A stretch of 64,000 nucleotides of DNA from Candidatus Levyibacteriota bacterium (GCA_027459745.1 DAIDHL010000002.1:9113-73112); one strand, 5' to 3'; shown: positions 29,998-39,436, numbered from the stretch's first letter. Program-made: numbers and translations. The notes: a model not told the origin generated them from the sequence alone.

Positions 29998-31791
29998 ATG
30001 CAACGGTATTTACCTATTTTTAAGGCTTTTAGAGAGCCGCTGATCGTTTTGGGCACTATCTTGCTCTACGGCCTACTCTTTTTTTTCCAGGCGTATTTAT
30101 GGGCGCTAGGCCTTATCTTAATCGGTATATTGGTAGGAAGCTATCGGCTGTTTGCTGATCTCTACGAATCTTTGCGCAAAGGCCAGTATGCTTTGGATTA
30201 TATTGCCGCTTTGGCTATTCTAGTGTCCTTTATTACGGGCCAATTTCTGGTTTGTGCAGTTATCGCGTTGATGATCTCTACTGGCAGGAATCTGGAAGAT
30301 TATGGAGTCTCACAGGCCAAAAAATCACTTTCATTATTAGCTAAGCGTATACCCCAGGATGTAACACTTTATGAAAAGAATAAACCTGGAGAAAAAATAA
30401 GATTAAACAAAGTTACGGTAGGACAAAAAATTATTATCCGCAAAGGTGAAGTTATACCTTTGGATGGCAACTTGGAGTCCAACAATGGGCAACTTGATGA
30501 GTCGTCTCTCACTGGTGAGCCGTATTTCATTGATAAAATAAAAGGCGATATTATTCGCTCCGGAACACTTAATGTCGGTGAACCCATCGTTATTAACGTC
30601 ACGAAAGTGGAGAAAGATTCTACCTATCGCAAGATTATTGAAATGGTACAGGCTGCGCAAAATGAAAAAGCACCTCTAGTACGTTTAGCAGATAAATATA
30701 GTACCTATTTTACGCTTATTACTCTCGTCATTGCTGCCATTGGTTTTAATCTTTCTGGTGGGCTAACTGGAGCATTGGCGGTGTTGGTCATCGCTACTCC
30801 TTGCCCGTTGATACTAGCTACTCCCATTGCCTTACTCGGCGGTATGAATGCCGCAGCCAAACAACGTATTATTATCAAAAAACTATCCAGCTTAGAGAGC
30901 TTATCACGAGCCACAGCTATGGTTTTTGATAAAACAGGTACAATTACCATTGGTAAACCTCAAGTTACGAAAATAACTCTCAAAAATTCTGCCTATAAAA
31001 TTCCTGATTTACTCTCCATTGCTGCCGCCATCGAAAGAAATTCACTTCACCCTATTGCTAAAGCCATTGTTAATTATGCCACTGAGCAAAAAGCCAAACA
31101 GCTTACGGCTAGTGACGTCAAAGAAATCATTGGTAAAGGCATCAGTGCGAAGGTCAACAATCGACAATACGTACTTAATCGAGCCAAGAACAATACAACT
31201 GTAGGCATTGCGATAGATCTATTGGAAAACAATAAATTAATTGCGGTCATTTTGTTAGAGGATGAGATTAAGGAGTCTTCCCGTGTCAGTATCAAACAAT
31301 TAGCGAAAAAACTAGATTTATATATTTTTACCGGTGATAAACAATCTGAAGCCCAAAGAATTGCCAACATCCTTGATTCGACGGTCAAAGTGCAAGCTGA
31401 AATGACACCCGCAGATAAACAACAAGGAATTGAAAAACTGCAAGCAGAAGGAAAAGTGGTAGCCATGCTGGGAGATGGGATTAATGATGCTCCGGCTTTA
31501 GCTAAAGCTGACATCGGGATGGTATTTAGTAACGAAGAACAAACAGCCGCCTCAGAAGCTGCCGACATTGTTTTATTAGGTGGGAATTTTCAGCTCGCCC
31601 AAACTACCATTAACATTTCTAAAAAAACCGTGGCGATTGCTTTGCAAAGTATTCGTTGGGGCATTGGTCTAAGTATCTTGGGCATGATTATTGCCGCCTT
31701 TGGTTTTATTCCCCCTATTTTGGGTGCTGGTTTACAAGAAGCTATTGACGTAGCAGTTATCCTCAATGCTCTCCGCGCCAGCCGCAGCTGA
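29998..31791 (+). CDS. heavy-metal P1B-type ATPase (P1B-5-like)
   Basis: TGE, TPCP, DKTGT, HP, GDGINDAP and QEAID. Confidence 0.9.
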   Translation: MQRYLPIFKAFREPLIVLGTILLYGLLFFFQAYLWALGLILIGILVGSYRLFADLYESLRKGQYALDYIAALAILVSFITGQFLVCAVIALMISTGRNLEDYGVSQAKKSLSLLAKRIPQDVTLYEKNKPGEKIRLNKVTVGQKIIIRKGEVIPLDGNLESNNGQLDESSLTGEPYFIDKIKGDIIRSGTLNVGEPIVINVTKVEKDSTYRKIIEMVQAAQNEKAPLVRLADKYSTYFTLITLVIAAIGFNLSGGLTGALAVLVIATPCPLILATPIALLGGMNAAAKQRIIIKKLSSLESLSRATAMVFDKTGTITIGKPQVTKITLKNSAYKIPDLLSIAAAIERNSLHPIAKAIVNYATEQKAKQLTASDVKEIIGKGISAKVNNRQYVLNRAKNNTTVGIAIDLLENNKLIAVILLEDEIKESSRVSIKQLAKKLDLYIFTGDKQSEAQRIANILDSTVKVQAEMTPADKQQGIEKLQAEGKVVAMLGDGINDAPALAKADIGMVFSNEEQTAASEAADIVLLGGNFQLAQTTINISKKTVAIALQSIRWGIGLSILGMIIAAFGFIPPILGAGLQEAIDVAVILNALRASRS

Positions 31792-31857
31792 ATTAGTTGA
31801 AAGTCCATAGAGTTTATAAAGTAATTTTGCTTTATGAACCTTATAACTAATTTCCTA

Positions 31858-31920
31858 TTGACAAACAATTGGCACTAATGATATAACTATTGCTAGCACT
31901 GGGTTGAGATTGATTGCTAA
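31858..31920 (+). promoter_or_regulatory. Hsp20 promoter with tandem CIRCE-like inverted repeats
   Basis: TTGACA and TGnTATAAC boxes; TTGGCACTA-N10-TATTGCTAG overlapping CTAGCACTG-N10-GATTGCTAA. Confidence 0.55.
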
Positions 31921-32039
31921 ATATACTATTCACCTATTGCTTGCGAAGTTTGTTAATTATTTTAAAGATGTATAAGTAAAATTGAGGTATCTTTCATTCT
32001 ACTTATACTTAATTCTAAACGAAAGGAGGCGAGAAATAA

Positions 32040-32456
32040 ATGGCATTTGATATTACACCACGTTCATTTTGGACATTTCCAACGATGCGTTCACTCATGG
32101 ATGAGGTAGACGACTTAGTCGTTTCCCCTACTTCCACCAGTGGATTGTCCGTATCTGAAGATGACCACAACGTTTATGTTAAAGCTGCCGTGCCAGGTAT
32201 TGATCCTAAAGATGTCGAAATAACTTTCGACAAGGGTGTACTCTGGATTAAAGCTGAGAGTAAACAAGAAGAAAAAGACGCCAAACAGAAAGTCTATAAA
32301 CAAATGGCAAGTTCTTTTTCTTATCGTGTCGTAGTTCCAGGTGAGTTAGATCAGGCCAAAGAACCTGAAGCTACTTACAAACATGGAATCATGACGGTTG
32401 CATTTGCAAAATTACCGCAAAGCCAGCCGAAAAAAATTGCAGTTAAGTCTGCTTAA
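32040..32456 (+). CDS. Hsp20/alpha-crystallin small heat shock protein
   Basis: E....VYV.A.VPG....V.I...G.L.I and A.Y..GI..V...K...PKKI.V. Strong SD (GAAAGGAGG). Confidence 0.92.
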   Translation: MAFDITPRSFWTFPTMRSLMDEVDDLVVSPTSTSGLSVSEDDHNVYVKAAVPGIDPKDVEITFDKGVLWIKAESKQEEKDAKQKVYKQMASSFSYRVVVPGELDQAKEPEATYKHGIMTVAFAKLPQSQPKKIAVKSA

Positions 32457-32480
32457 AAGAGCAATGCTCCTAGAAGGTAA

Positions 32481-32510
32481 AAGAGGGCTCCACTTATGTG
32501 GAGCCCTCTT
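32481..32510. terminator. intrinsic terminator, possibly bidirectional
   Basis: AAGAGGGCTCCAC-TTAT-GTGGAGCCCTCTT between the convergent Hsp20 gene and tRNA-Ser. Confidence 0.8.
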
Positions 32511-32514
32511 ATTG

Positions 32515-32601
32515 CGGAGGAGGGGGGATTCGAACCCCCGGTCATCTCGCGACGACAAACGCTTTCCAAGCGTTCGCACTAGACCACTATGCGACCCCTC
32601 C
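32515..32601 (-). tRNA. tRNA-Ser(GGA)
   Basis: AACGC-TTGGAAA-GCGTT anticodon arm and a long variable arm. Confidence 0.93.
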
Positions 32602-32623
32602 AGGATAGTTAAAAGGCACCTTT

Positions 32624-33064
32624 CTACTTATTTAAATACTTTCTTGCTTCTTCCCACACCTTTTTATCAGCGGGGAAAGTTAAACGATTTTCTACTTCCT
32701 CTACTGGCAGCCATTCGACATTTTCCATCTCAAAATCATGTTTAGTAATATCTCCACCCACAAATTCCATGATAAAATAATAAACTGTTTTTTTAATCTT
32801 CTGTCCCTCAAAGTGATACCAGTATGTTTCCGGCGTCAATGATTGTAAAATCTTTCCTTTAGCGCCAGTTTCTTCTTCAACTTCTCTTAAAGCTGTTTCT
32901 TCTTTACTCTCCCCCTTTTTATGATCTCCAATCAATCCTTTAGGAAAGACCCAACCATGATGTTGTGAATGCTGTGCGACCAAAATAAGTATCTTATTTT
33001 GTCCTGAGCTTGTCGAAGGATCTTTTTTATACACCACACCGCCGGCAGAAAATTCGAATTTCAT
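32624..33064 (-). CDS. NUDIX hydrolase
   Basis: PKG...E..EETALREVEEETG Nudix box. Short repeat-like insert DPSTSSGQ. Confidence 0.92.
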   Translation of the reverse strand: MKFEFSAGGVVYKKDPSTSSGQNKILILVAQHSQHHGWVFPKGLIGDHKKGESKEETALREVEEETGAKGKILQSLTPETYWYHFEGQKIKKTVYYFIMEFVGGDITKHDFEMENVEWLPVEEVENRLTFPADKKVWEEARKYLNK

Positions 33065-33162
33065 TGGAGCTTATTATAGCGCATTTTGCACAAGATGAGA
33101 ATTATTTCACAACTTATTTCGTAAATTTTGATTTTTGAAGTTTAAATTTTAAACTTAGGTAG

Positions 33163-33234
33163 TACCCCCGGCGGGAGTTGAACCCACATATTAGGATCCG
33201 GAATCCTATGGTCTATCCATTAGCCTACGAGGGC
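33163..33234 (-). tRNA. tRNA-Arg(CCG)
   Basis: TAGGA-TTCCGGA-TCCTA anticodon arm. Confidence 0.9.
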
Positions 33235-33251
33235 AAAATTATTTTTATGAG

Positions 33252-33343
33252 TGGCGGAGAGGGGGAGATTCGGACTCCCGGTCAGGAAAAATCCCAACAG
33301 CGGTTTTCGAAACCACCGCACTAGACCACTATGCGACCTCTCC
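33252..33343 (-). tRNA. tRNA-Ser(CGA)
   Basis: GTGGT-TTCGAAA-ACCGC anticodon arm; CCA encoded; T-loop TCCGAAT. Confidence 0.9.
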
Positions 33344-33359
33344 CTATTATCTAATTTAG

Positions 33360-33433
33360 TACACCCGGGTGGATTCGAACCACTGACCTCAACGTCCGCA
33401 ACGTTGCGCTCTATCCAGCTGAGCTACGGGTGC
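33360..33433 (-). tRNA. tRNA-Arg(GCG)
   Basis: CAACG-TTGCGGA-CGTTG anticodon arm; A20-type D-loop GCTGGATAG. Confidence 0.9.
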
Positions 33434-33500
33434 ATATGGAAGGACAACACATATTTTAGCCTATAAAGAGTTCAGAGGCAAATGATAAAGCTCTAAGAAT

Positions 33501-34262
33501 CTATTTTGTGGTCGAGGGAACCTTATCCAGAGGAAAAGTGCGCGTAAGCCAATTCCCTGATTTTTCCATAAATGATAAAGGCACCACTTCACGATATGGC
33601 AAATAATTTATCAATAACGACTTGATATATTCTTTGGGGATGTCTCCCAAAAGTACTGTTATATCGCTTGCATATTCATCCTTGGTACGAATATGCAAGA
33701 TATCTTCCCCATTAATATGTTTGAAATAAAAATCATATAACTCTTGCCAGAGATAAAAATAATCATCAATAGCAATTCCTTCAGTGCTTATTCGATAATT
33801 GACGGTGTGAGGAGGTACTACGGCCAAGGCGAAAACCACAAATAGCATAGAAATAATTACAAGCATCAGAACATATTGAGAAAACAAAAATAACAATACT
33901 TCAAAAATCAGCACGATTAGAGATGCATTGATGTAATATTCCTTACCATGATTTCTAAATGGTCTACCATTGCCTTTCCAAGAAAGAAGAGTTTTGATGG
34001 GATGTGAAGCATAATCTGGGTCATAATCATCAGCAAAATAAGGATCGGTAGCGAGGTCATCATTTACAAACTGCTGTTCCTGATTATTGGTGTACATCTG
34101 CTCTGGCTGTTCGTTGGATTCAGTTGGTAATGCTTCGGGCGGGGGTAAGTTAGCCGAAGGTTGTTCCACCGGATTATCATAACTAGATGTTAAATCTGTA
34201 GGTGGCATTGGGTTGATCGGTTGATTAGAGGTCGACGGTACGACAGGATTCTCGTCTGGCAT
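33501..34262 (-). CDS. hypothetical 2-TM protein with an acidic disordered N-terminus
   Basis: LLSW...RPF, two TMs, Y.IS.EGI.ID...Y.W.EL. Confidence 0.75.
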   Translation of the reverse strand: MPDENPVVPSTSNQPINPMPPTDLTSSYDNPVEQPSANLPPPEALPTESNEQPEQMYTNNQEQQFVNDDLATDPYFADDYDPDYASHPIKTLLSWKGNGRPFRNHGKEYYINASLIVLIFEVLLFLFSQYVLMLVIISMLFVVFALAVVPPHTVNYRISTEGIAIDDYFYLWQELYDFYFKHINGEDILHIRTKDEYASDITVLLGDIPKEYIKSLLINYLPYREVVPLSFMEKSGNWLTRTFPLDKVPSTTK

Positions 34263-34428
34263 AGCTCTATGCTACTCTAAATTCGTCTATCCAGTCAAGT
34301 TGTGGAAGTTTGCATCGTAAGGTAGATTCATAGTAAAATCTGGGGACTAGAGTCTGGAAAATCTAAGGTGGCTTATAAAGTTAAGATTAGACATGAAAGT
34401 TAAAACAATAAAATGTAAGGTTCAATTT

Positions 34429-34518
34429 GGAGAGGTCGCATAGTGGTCTAGTGCGGTGGTCTTGAAAACCACTGTGGGAGCAATCTCACCGCGAGTTCGA
34501 ATCTCGCCCTCTCCGCCA
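34429..34518 (+). tRNA. tRNA-Ser(TGA)
   Basis: GTGGT-CTTGAAA-ACCAC anticodon arm; CCA encoded. Confidence 0.93.
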
Positions 34519-34569
34519 GATCGATTATTGACAAAAAGCACCAGGGAGAGTTAAATAATATAATCATCT

Positions 34570-34917
34570 ATGACCTTTACAGTTGGAAAACAAGAAAAAC
34601 ATACAGTAGCATTCGCTTATAGTACTTTTACAGGCTCAGCTAAAATTTTAGTTGATGGGAAAGAATATAGCTCATCAAGGATCATGATTGTAGGTCATAC
34701 ACCATTTAATCTGCGCGTAGGTGATAAAGAGAAACATAGTGTGCGTATTGAATTAGATAATCCTGTTGGTTTTGCATTTCGAGGCTCTCATGTTAAAGTT
34801 TTTGTTGATGACGACCTTGTACAGGAATCACATGTTGGCAATAGTATGCCAACGTTTATTGCAATAGCAGTTGTTATAATTTTTCTGTTCGTATATTTCA
34901 TGTTGTTTCTTCGCTAG
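34570..34917 (+). CDS. small beta-rich protein with C-terminal TM
   Basis: Internal duplication (F.VG..EKH.V twice) and a TM tail. Confidence 0.7.
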   Translation: MTFTVGKQEKHTVAFAYSTFTGSAKILVDGKEYSSSRIMIVGHTPFNLRVGDKEKHSVRIELDNPVGFAFRGSHVKVFVDDDLVQESHVGNSMPTFIAIAVVIIFLFVYFMLFLR

Positions 34918-35031
34918 GTATTCCTAGGTTTACATAGCCTGCGTAGAGAAAAGTTCCAGGAATCTCATCCTTCCCTCGTTCACGTATAAGCATATGCTGA
35001 GTTGTTCTGATTATTCATAAGCATCTCTTCG

Positions 35032-35065
35032 TAATACGTTCCAACGTAGTCAATCAGCCCCCGCA
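35032..35065. repeat. 34-bp direct repeat, copy 1 (att-like)
   Basis: TAATACGTTCCAACGTAGTCAATCAGCCCCCGCA, identical to 37089-37122. Confidence 0.9.
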
Positions 35066-35427
35066 GGTCAGGAAGTATCCATCAAGCTCTGACTCAAGAC
35101 ATGCTGATTCATAGTGTCCTTCTCCAGATGAGCACTTCAAATAAGTGTAGGATTTTTGAGTAGATTTATTGATCTGTTTAATAATTTGCTTCTGCGTTAG
35201 GGTGAATTGAGGTCTTTTCTTTGTAACTCGTTTAATCATTGGCATTGTCATATCAGTCTAAATGTTATGTTTGATTAGGTTAATATAACCGTAGCAGGAA
35301 CACTACCTAACCAAAATTTGGTGTTTCTGTAAGGATTGATACGAACGCTTATACGGATTTTTTTTGTGAGTATAAATTAATTTATACTCCGCATTGCAAT
35401 CCCAAACTAAATTAGAAATAATGATAC

Positions 35428-37035
35428 TTGATGAGGTTATTTGTTACATCACTATTCACACTTGCTGTTTTATCTTCATTTGTATACGTCGTAGTAATAC
35501 TATTTTTACTTTCTGGCGGAGCGATTAATCTTAGTCTTGCGATTGCATTAACTATTGGTATTAATATACTACTTTGGCTCATCGGTCCAAAAATAACAGA
35601 GTTGATGACTAAATGGTTCTACCATTGTAAATACTTATCAAAATCAGAAGTTGAACAATCTTATCCAGAAGTTGCAGAAATCATAAATCAAGTAGCCTCT
35701 ACATATCACTTCCCATCTCCTAAGGTAGGTATTATTCCTGATAAGAATCCTACAGCTTTCTCGTATGGTTCTGGTAGATTTAATGCAAGAATCGTTTTAA
35801 CAGACGGGATCTTCCAGTTCCTTTCACCACAAGAAGTTAAATCCGTAGTTGCGCATGAACTTGGACATATTAAGAACAGAGATTTTATTGTAATGATGAT
35901 TGCGAGTACCCTCGTGCAAGTTCTCTACGAAATCTATGCAGTATTTATTCGTACGAGAGGAAGAGGGTCAGGTAATCTCAAACTAATTGCCTTGGTAGCA
36001 TACGCTCTTTATATTGTTGGAACATATATATTACTTTTTTTAAGCAGAACGAGAGAGTATTTGGCTGATGAGTTCTCGTCGCAAGTAACCTCCTCTGAAG
36101 ATCTTGCAACCAGTCTGATAAAGATTGCGTATGGAATCGTTACAACTGTTGAAGATAGTGCGGATAAACACTTACTTCATAGTACAAGACATCTCGGTAT
36201 TATAGATATAGAACACGCAAAACAGATAGGCGTCGTTTCGTATGTTACCAACCATGACCACAATGTTTTAGCAGAAGTAATGGTGTTTGATAAAGTAAGT
36301 CCATGGGCGAAATTAGCAGAGTTGAATTCTACTCATCCTCTTACTGGTAAGCGAATCGAAAGATTGAGTAGGCTCTCAAAGAATCAAAGCAAGCCATTTG
36401 TATTTGATATTGAAGCAGCCAAAAATCGTCTACAAGTCAATAATTCTAAACTGTATGAGAACTTTCTGCTTGGAATCATAATCTATTTACTTCCATACGT
36501 GCTCAGTGTTGTCTTGATTCTCTTAGGGTCTATCATGTGGGCAGCGTTTGCATTTGTGGCTGGATTAATTATTCAGATTCTTTATAGATTTCCATCCACG
36601 AATACTATTGAGAGTAATATACTTGACGAAATGCGCAATCCATACGCTTCACCAATGAGAGGCAAACCAGTATTATTCTCTGGTTCTGTGATTGGACGAG
36701 GAGTGCCAGGGTATGTATTTAGTGCTGACATGATGTATCAGGATAAAACAGGTTTGATATTTATGGCTTATCATTCCTTTTTTGGATTTATTGGCAATCT
36801 ATTTTTTGCGCTGGGAAAAATTAAAACAGTATTTGGAGTACCAAGCACTGCTGAAGGATGGTTTTTTAGAGGTATGGAGTCTGCGCTTACTCTCAAATAT
36901 ATCAAAACTGATGAAGGAACTGTTAGAAGTCATCCTCTTTTATGGGCGTTCTTCTCGCCAATTGTTATTATGTTTGTGGTTATAATTATTGCTCTATATC
37001 TTTCTCTTCTGCTTCATATTCTTATCAACCATTAA
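35428..37035 (+). CDS. M48/HtpX-like membrane zinc metalloprotease with C-terminal extension
   Basis: P.AF..G, AHELGH, SR.REY.AD, STHP...RI. Confidence 0.88.
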   Translation: MMRLFVTSLFTLAVLSSFVYVVVILFLLSGGAINLSLAIALTIGINILLWLIGPKITELMTKWFYHCKYLSKSEVEQSYPEVAEIINQVASTYHFPSPKVGIIPDKNPTAFSYGSGRFNARIVLTDGIFQFLSPQEVKSVVAHELGHIKNRDFIVMMIASTLVQVLYEIYAVFIRTRGRGSGNLKLIALVAYALYIVGTYILLFLSRTREYLADEFSSQVTSSEDLATSLIKIAYGIVTTVEDSADKHLLHSTRHLGIIDIEHAKQIGVVSYVTNHDHNVLAEVMVFDKVSPWAKLAELNSTHPLTGKRIERLSRLSKNQSKPFVFDIEAAKNRLQVNNSKLYENFLLGIIIYLLPYVLSVVLILLGSIMWAAFAFVAGLIIQILYRFPSTNTIESNILDEMRNPYASPMRGKPVLFSGSVIGRGVPGYVFSADMMYQDKTGLIFMAYHSFFGFIGNLFFALGKIKTVFGVPSTAEGWFFRGMESALTLKYIKTDEGTVRSHPLLWAFFSPIVIMFVVIIIALYLSLLLHILINH

Positions 37036-37088
37036 TTATTAATTAAATATAAGCGAAATTAGATTGATTATTCATTAGTTGCTCGGCA

Positions 37089-37122
37089 TAATACGTTCCA
37101 ACGTAGTCAATCAGCCCCCGCA
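37089..37122. repeat. 34-bp direct repeat, copy 2 (att-like)
   Basis: Identical to 35032-35065. Confidence 0.9.
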
Positions 37123-37190
37123 CAAAAAATTAGATTTCTTCCTGATTCTTAGCTTGACAGTGAATCAAAAATAAAGCAAACTAGAATTAT

Positions 37191-39431
37191 ATGTTCTCCT
37201 CTGTCCGGAAATTTTTTTTCCTAGTAATCTTGCTAGGACTACTTTTTTTAGCTCCAAAATTAGCTTTTGCTCAAACTGTAAATAATTCAACCTCTTATTC
37301 TAATCAATCTACACAATCCACTGCTATGGTACAACATGACAAAGTTCAACAGTTGATGATTGACGTCCTAAGTGCTTTTAGCTGCCAGTTAGCGGGATAT
37401 GATGCAGCTTTTCCTAATCAACCCTGCGTAACCACAAATACAAAAACTAACACATATGGAACAAGTAATGTTAAAAACTTTGGTTTAATAGGCCTAGAAG
37501 TGCAAGGAATGCTATTAACTTTCACCCCAGTTGCTCATACCGGAACATACATACAAGATATGACTAGTAACTTTGGCCTTGTTAAACACGCCGATGCAGC
37601 TACTGATCCTTGTGCAACTGGTGGGACTTTTGGACAAGGTGTAGGTTACTGTCAACTATACCCTCTCCTACAAATTTGGTCTGTGATGAGAAATCTGGCC
37701 TATCTGGGATTTGTTTTTGTTTTTATCTTAATTGGTTTTGCTATTATGCTTCGCTTGAAGCTAAATCCGAATACAGTTGTCAGCATACAGAATACTATTC
37801 CAAAAATTATAATTGCTTTGGTGTTAATTACCTTCTCTTACGCTATAGCTGGTTTTTTGGTAGATATGATGTATGTATCTATTGGTGTAGTTATTAAACT
37901 AGGAACTCAGGTTGATCCTTTAAGTACCAATAATGCTAATGTCACCATCCCATCTATAATGGGAGACTTGCAGGGAGATAATCCTATAAGCTACGCCAAC
38001 CAAATGATGGGACTTTATGGTACATCTAATACAGCAGCCCAAGCTTTAGGTAATGCAGCTGGCGATATAATAGCCTCTTTTGGAGATGCAGGAAGGATAA
38101 TGGCAGCATTAGTAGGAGGAATCGTGGGAGCTAAGGCAGGAGCAGCTGCAGGAGGATTTTTACAAATTGCAGGAAGTGTTATTGGAGGAGTAGCAGGAAC
38201 ATTTGTTGAGCCAGGAGGTGGATCCGCAGCAGGAGCTGCATTAGGAGGAGGATTAGCAACCGCGCTTGGAACTGCATTAGGATTTGTAGCTGGTGCAGTA
38301 GCTCCAGGTCAAACTATAGCGTTTATGGGTGAGATAATTGGTACCATAGTTCTCTTCATTGCTATATTTATCTCACTCGCTCAACTCTGGCTTGTGTTAC
38401 TTAAAGCATATATCACCATACTTATTGATGTGGTATTCGCACCATTTTGGATTTTGTTGGCCATTGTACCTAAATCAAAATTTACTTTTGGTTCCTGGGT
38501 AAAGGATATGCTGGCCAACCTAGCTGTCTTCCCTATGGTCATCGGCATTTTTGAAATTGGGAAAATCTTTATTGATGCATTTCGCCAACATTATGACTCA
38601 GGCAGATTATTTGCTCCTCCATTAGTAGGCTTAAATACAGGTGGAGAAGGAGCTACTGCACTACAAGCAGTCATAGGCTTAGGTTTTATTTTCCTTGCTC
38701 CTTCTGCTCTAGGCTTAGCCCGTTCCATCTTTGGGGCGCCAAAGTCAAGTCTAATTCAAAATTCTATTCAAGGCTTACAACTTGGAGCTAGCAGAGCAGG
38801 AGCACTATGGGGACAAACAGGTGGCCGCCTAGTAGGAGTAGATAAAAATGGCAATCCTAAACCTTTTACTTCTATACTAGCTGAGAGAAAACGCGAAGCC
38901 GCAGAAGTACGTAATGAGAGATATGCGCAACTACAACATCTTGCATCTAAGCCTGGTGAGAAACTTAGTCTAGGGCAGAAACTACAAATGGGTTACTATC
39001 AAAAGCGCCAGGGATTTGCTAGTAAATTTTCAGAGCCCTTTAAAACATCTCAGCGGATGCTTAAGTTTAATGATACAGTTTTATCTATCATTCACGACAT
39101 TGAACATGATCCAAAACTTGGCCGAGAAGCTTTAAATCGGGGAGATGCATTTGAGACACTTATAATTCCCAGAATCACTGCAAAATTACGTCATGAGACA
39201 AATAATTCACGCCTCGAGCTTGATGATCGAGCCATACTACAAGCGGCTAGAGTATCTATGACAGAAAAGGGTCAGCCTATGAGACAAGATCAAATTAATG
39301 TGCTAAAGAAGAGAATTGAAAGTAAAATTGAGGCAAGAGACCATAAGGGTGCCAATGTTGAAATTGACCTAACCCAGGCAGATAGTAATTTTACTCCACA
39401 GCCAGTCTCCCCAGGTCAGCCTAAGCCTTAA
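37191..39431 (+). CDS. polytopic membrane protein, VirB6/TrbL-like, with a glycine-zipper insert
   Basis: Signal peptide, W..MRN.AY...IP..I.A..LI.FS..I.G..VD, ..FAP.W..L...P..., and position at the edge of the VirB4 locus. Confidence 0.6.
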   Translation: MFSSVRKFFFLVILLGLLFLAPKLAFAQTVNNSTSYSNQSTQSTAMVQHDKVQQLMIDVLSAFSCQLAGYDAAFPNQPCVTTNTKTNTYGTSNVKNFGLIGLEVQGMLLTFTPVAHTGTYIQDMTSNFGLVKHADAATDPCATGGTFGQGVGYCQLYPLLQIWSVMRNLAYLGFVFVFILIGFAIMLRLKLNPNTVVSIQNTIPKIIIALVLITFSYAIAGFLVDMMYVSIGVVIKLGTQVDPLSTNNANVTIPSIMGDLQGDNPISYANQMMGLYGTSNTAAQALGNAAGDIIASFGDAGRIMAALVGGIVGAKAGAAAGGFLQIAGSVIGGVAGTFVEPGGGSAAGAALGGGLATALGTALGFVAGAVAPGQTIAFMGEIIGTIVLFIAIFISLAQLWLVLLKAYITILIDVVFAPFWILLAIVPKSKFTFGSWVKDMLANLAVFPMVIGIFEIGKIFIDAFRQHYDSGRLFAPPLVGLNTGGEGATALQAVIGLGFIFLAPSALGLARSIFGAPKSSLIQNSIQGLQLGASRAGALWGQTGGRLVGVDKNGNPKPFTSILAERKREAAEVRNERYAQLQHLASKPGEKLSLGQKLQMGYYQKRQGFASKFSEPFKTSQRMLKFNDTVLSIIHDIEHDPKLGREALNRGDAFETLIIPRITAKLRHETNNSRLELDDRAILQAARVSMTEKGQPMRQDQINVLKKRIESKIEARDHKGANVEIDLTQADSNFTPQPVSPGQPKP

Positions 39432-39436
39432 TAAAC

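Noticed and set aside
32398-32745. 115-aa ORF on the + strand
   Set aside because: It spans the Hsp20 end, a terminator, an antisense tRNA and the NUDIX end, so it is a shadow ORF.
33251-33466. 71-aa ORF on the + strand
   Set aside because: It is antisense to tRNA-Ser(CGA) and tRNA-Arg(GCG).
35054-35251. 65-aa ORF as a recombinase remnant
   Set aside because: It is in a different frame from the tail peptide and has no recombinase motifs. Its coding status is uncertain.
35032-37122. CRISPR array from the 34-bp palindromic repeat
   Set aside because: Only two copies, 2 kb apart, and no cas genes.
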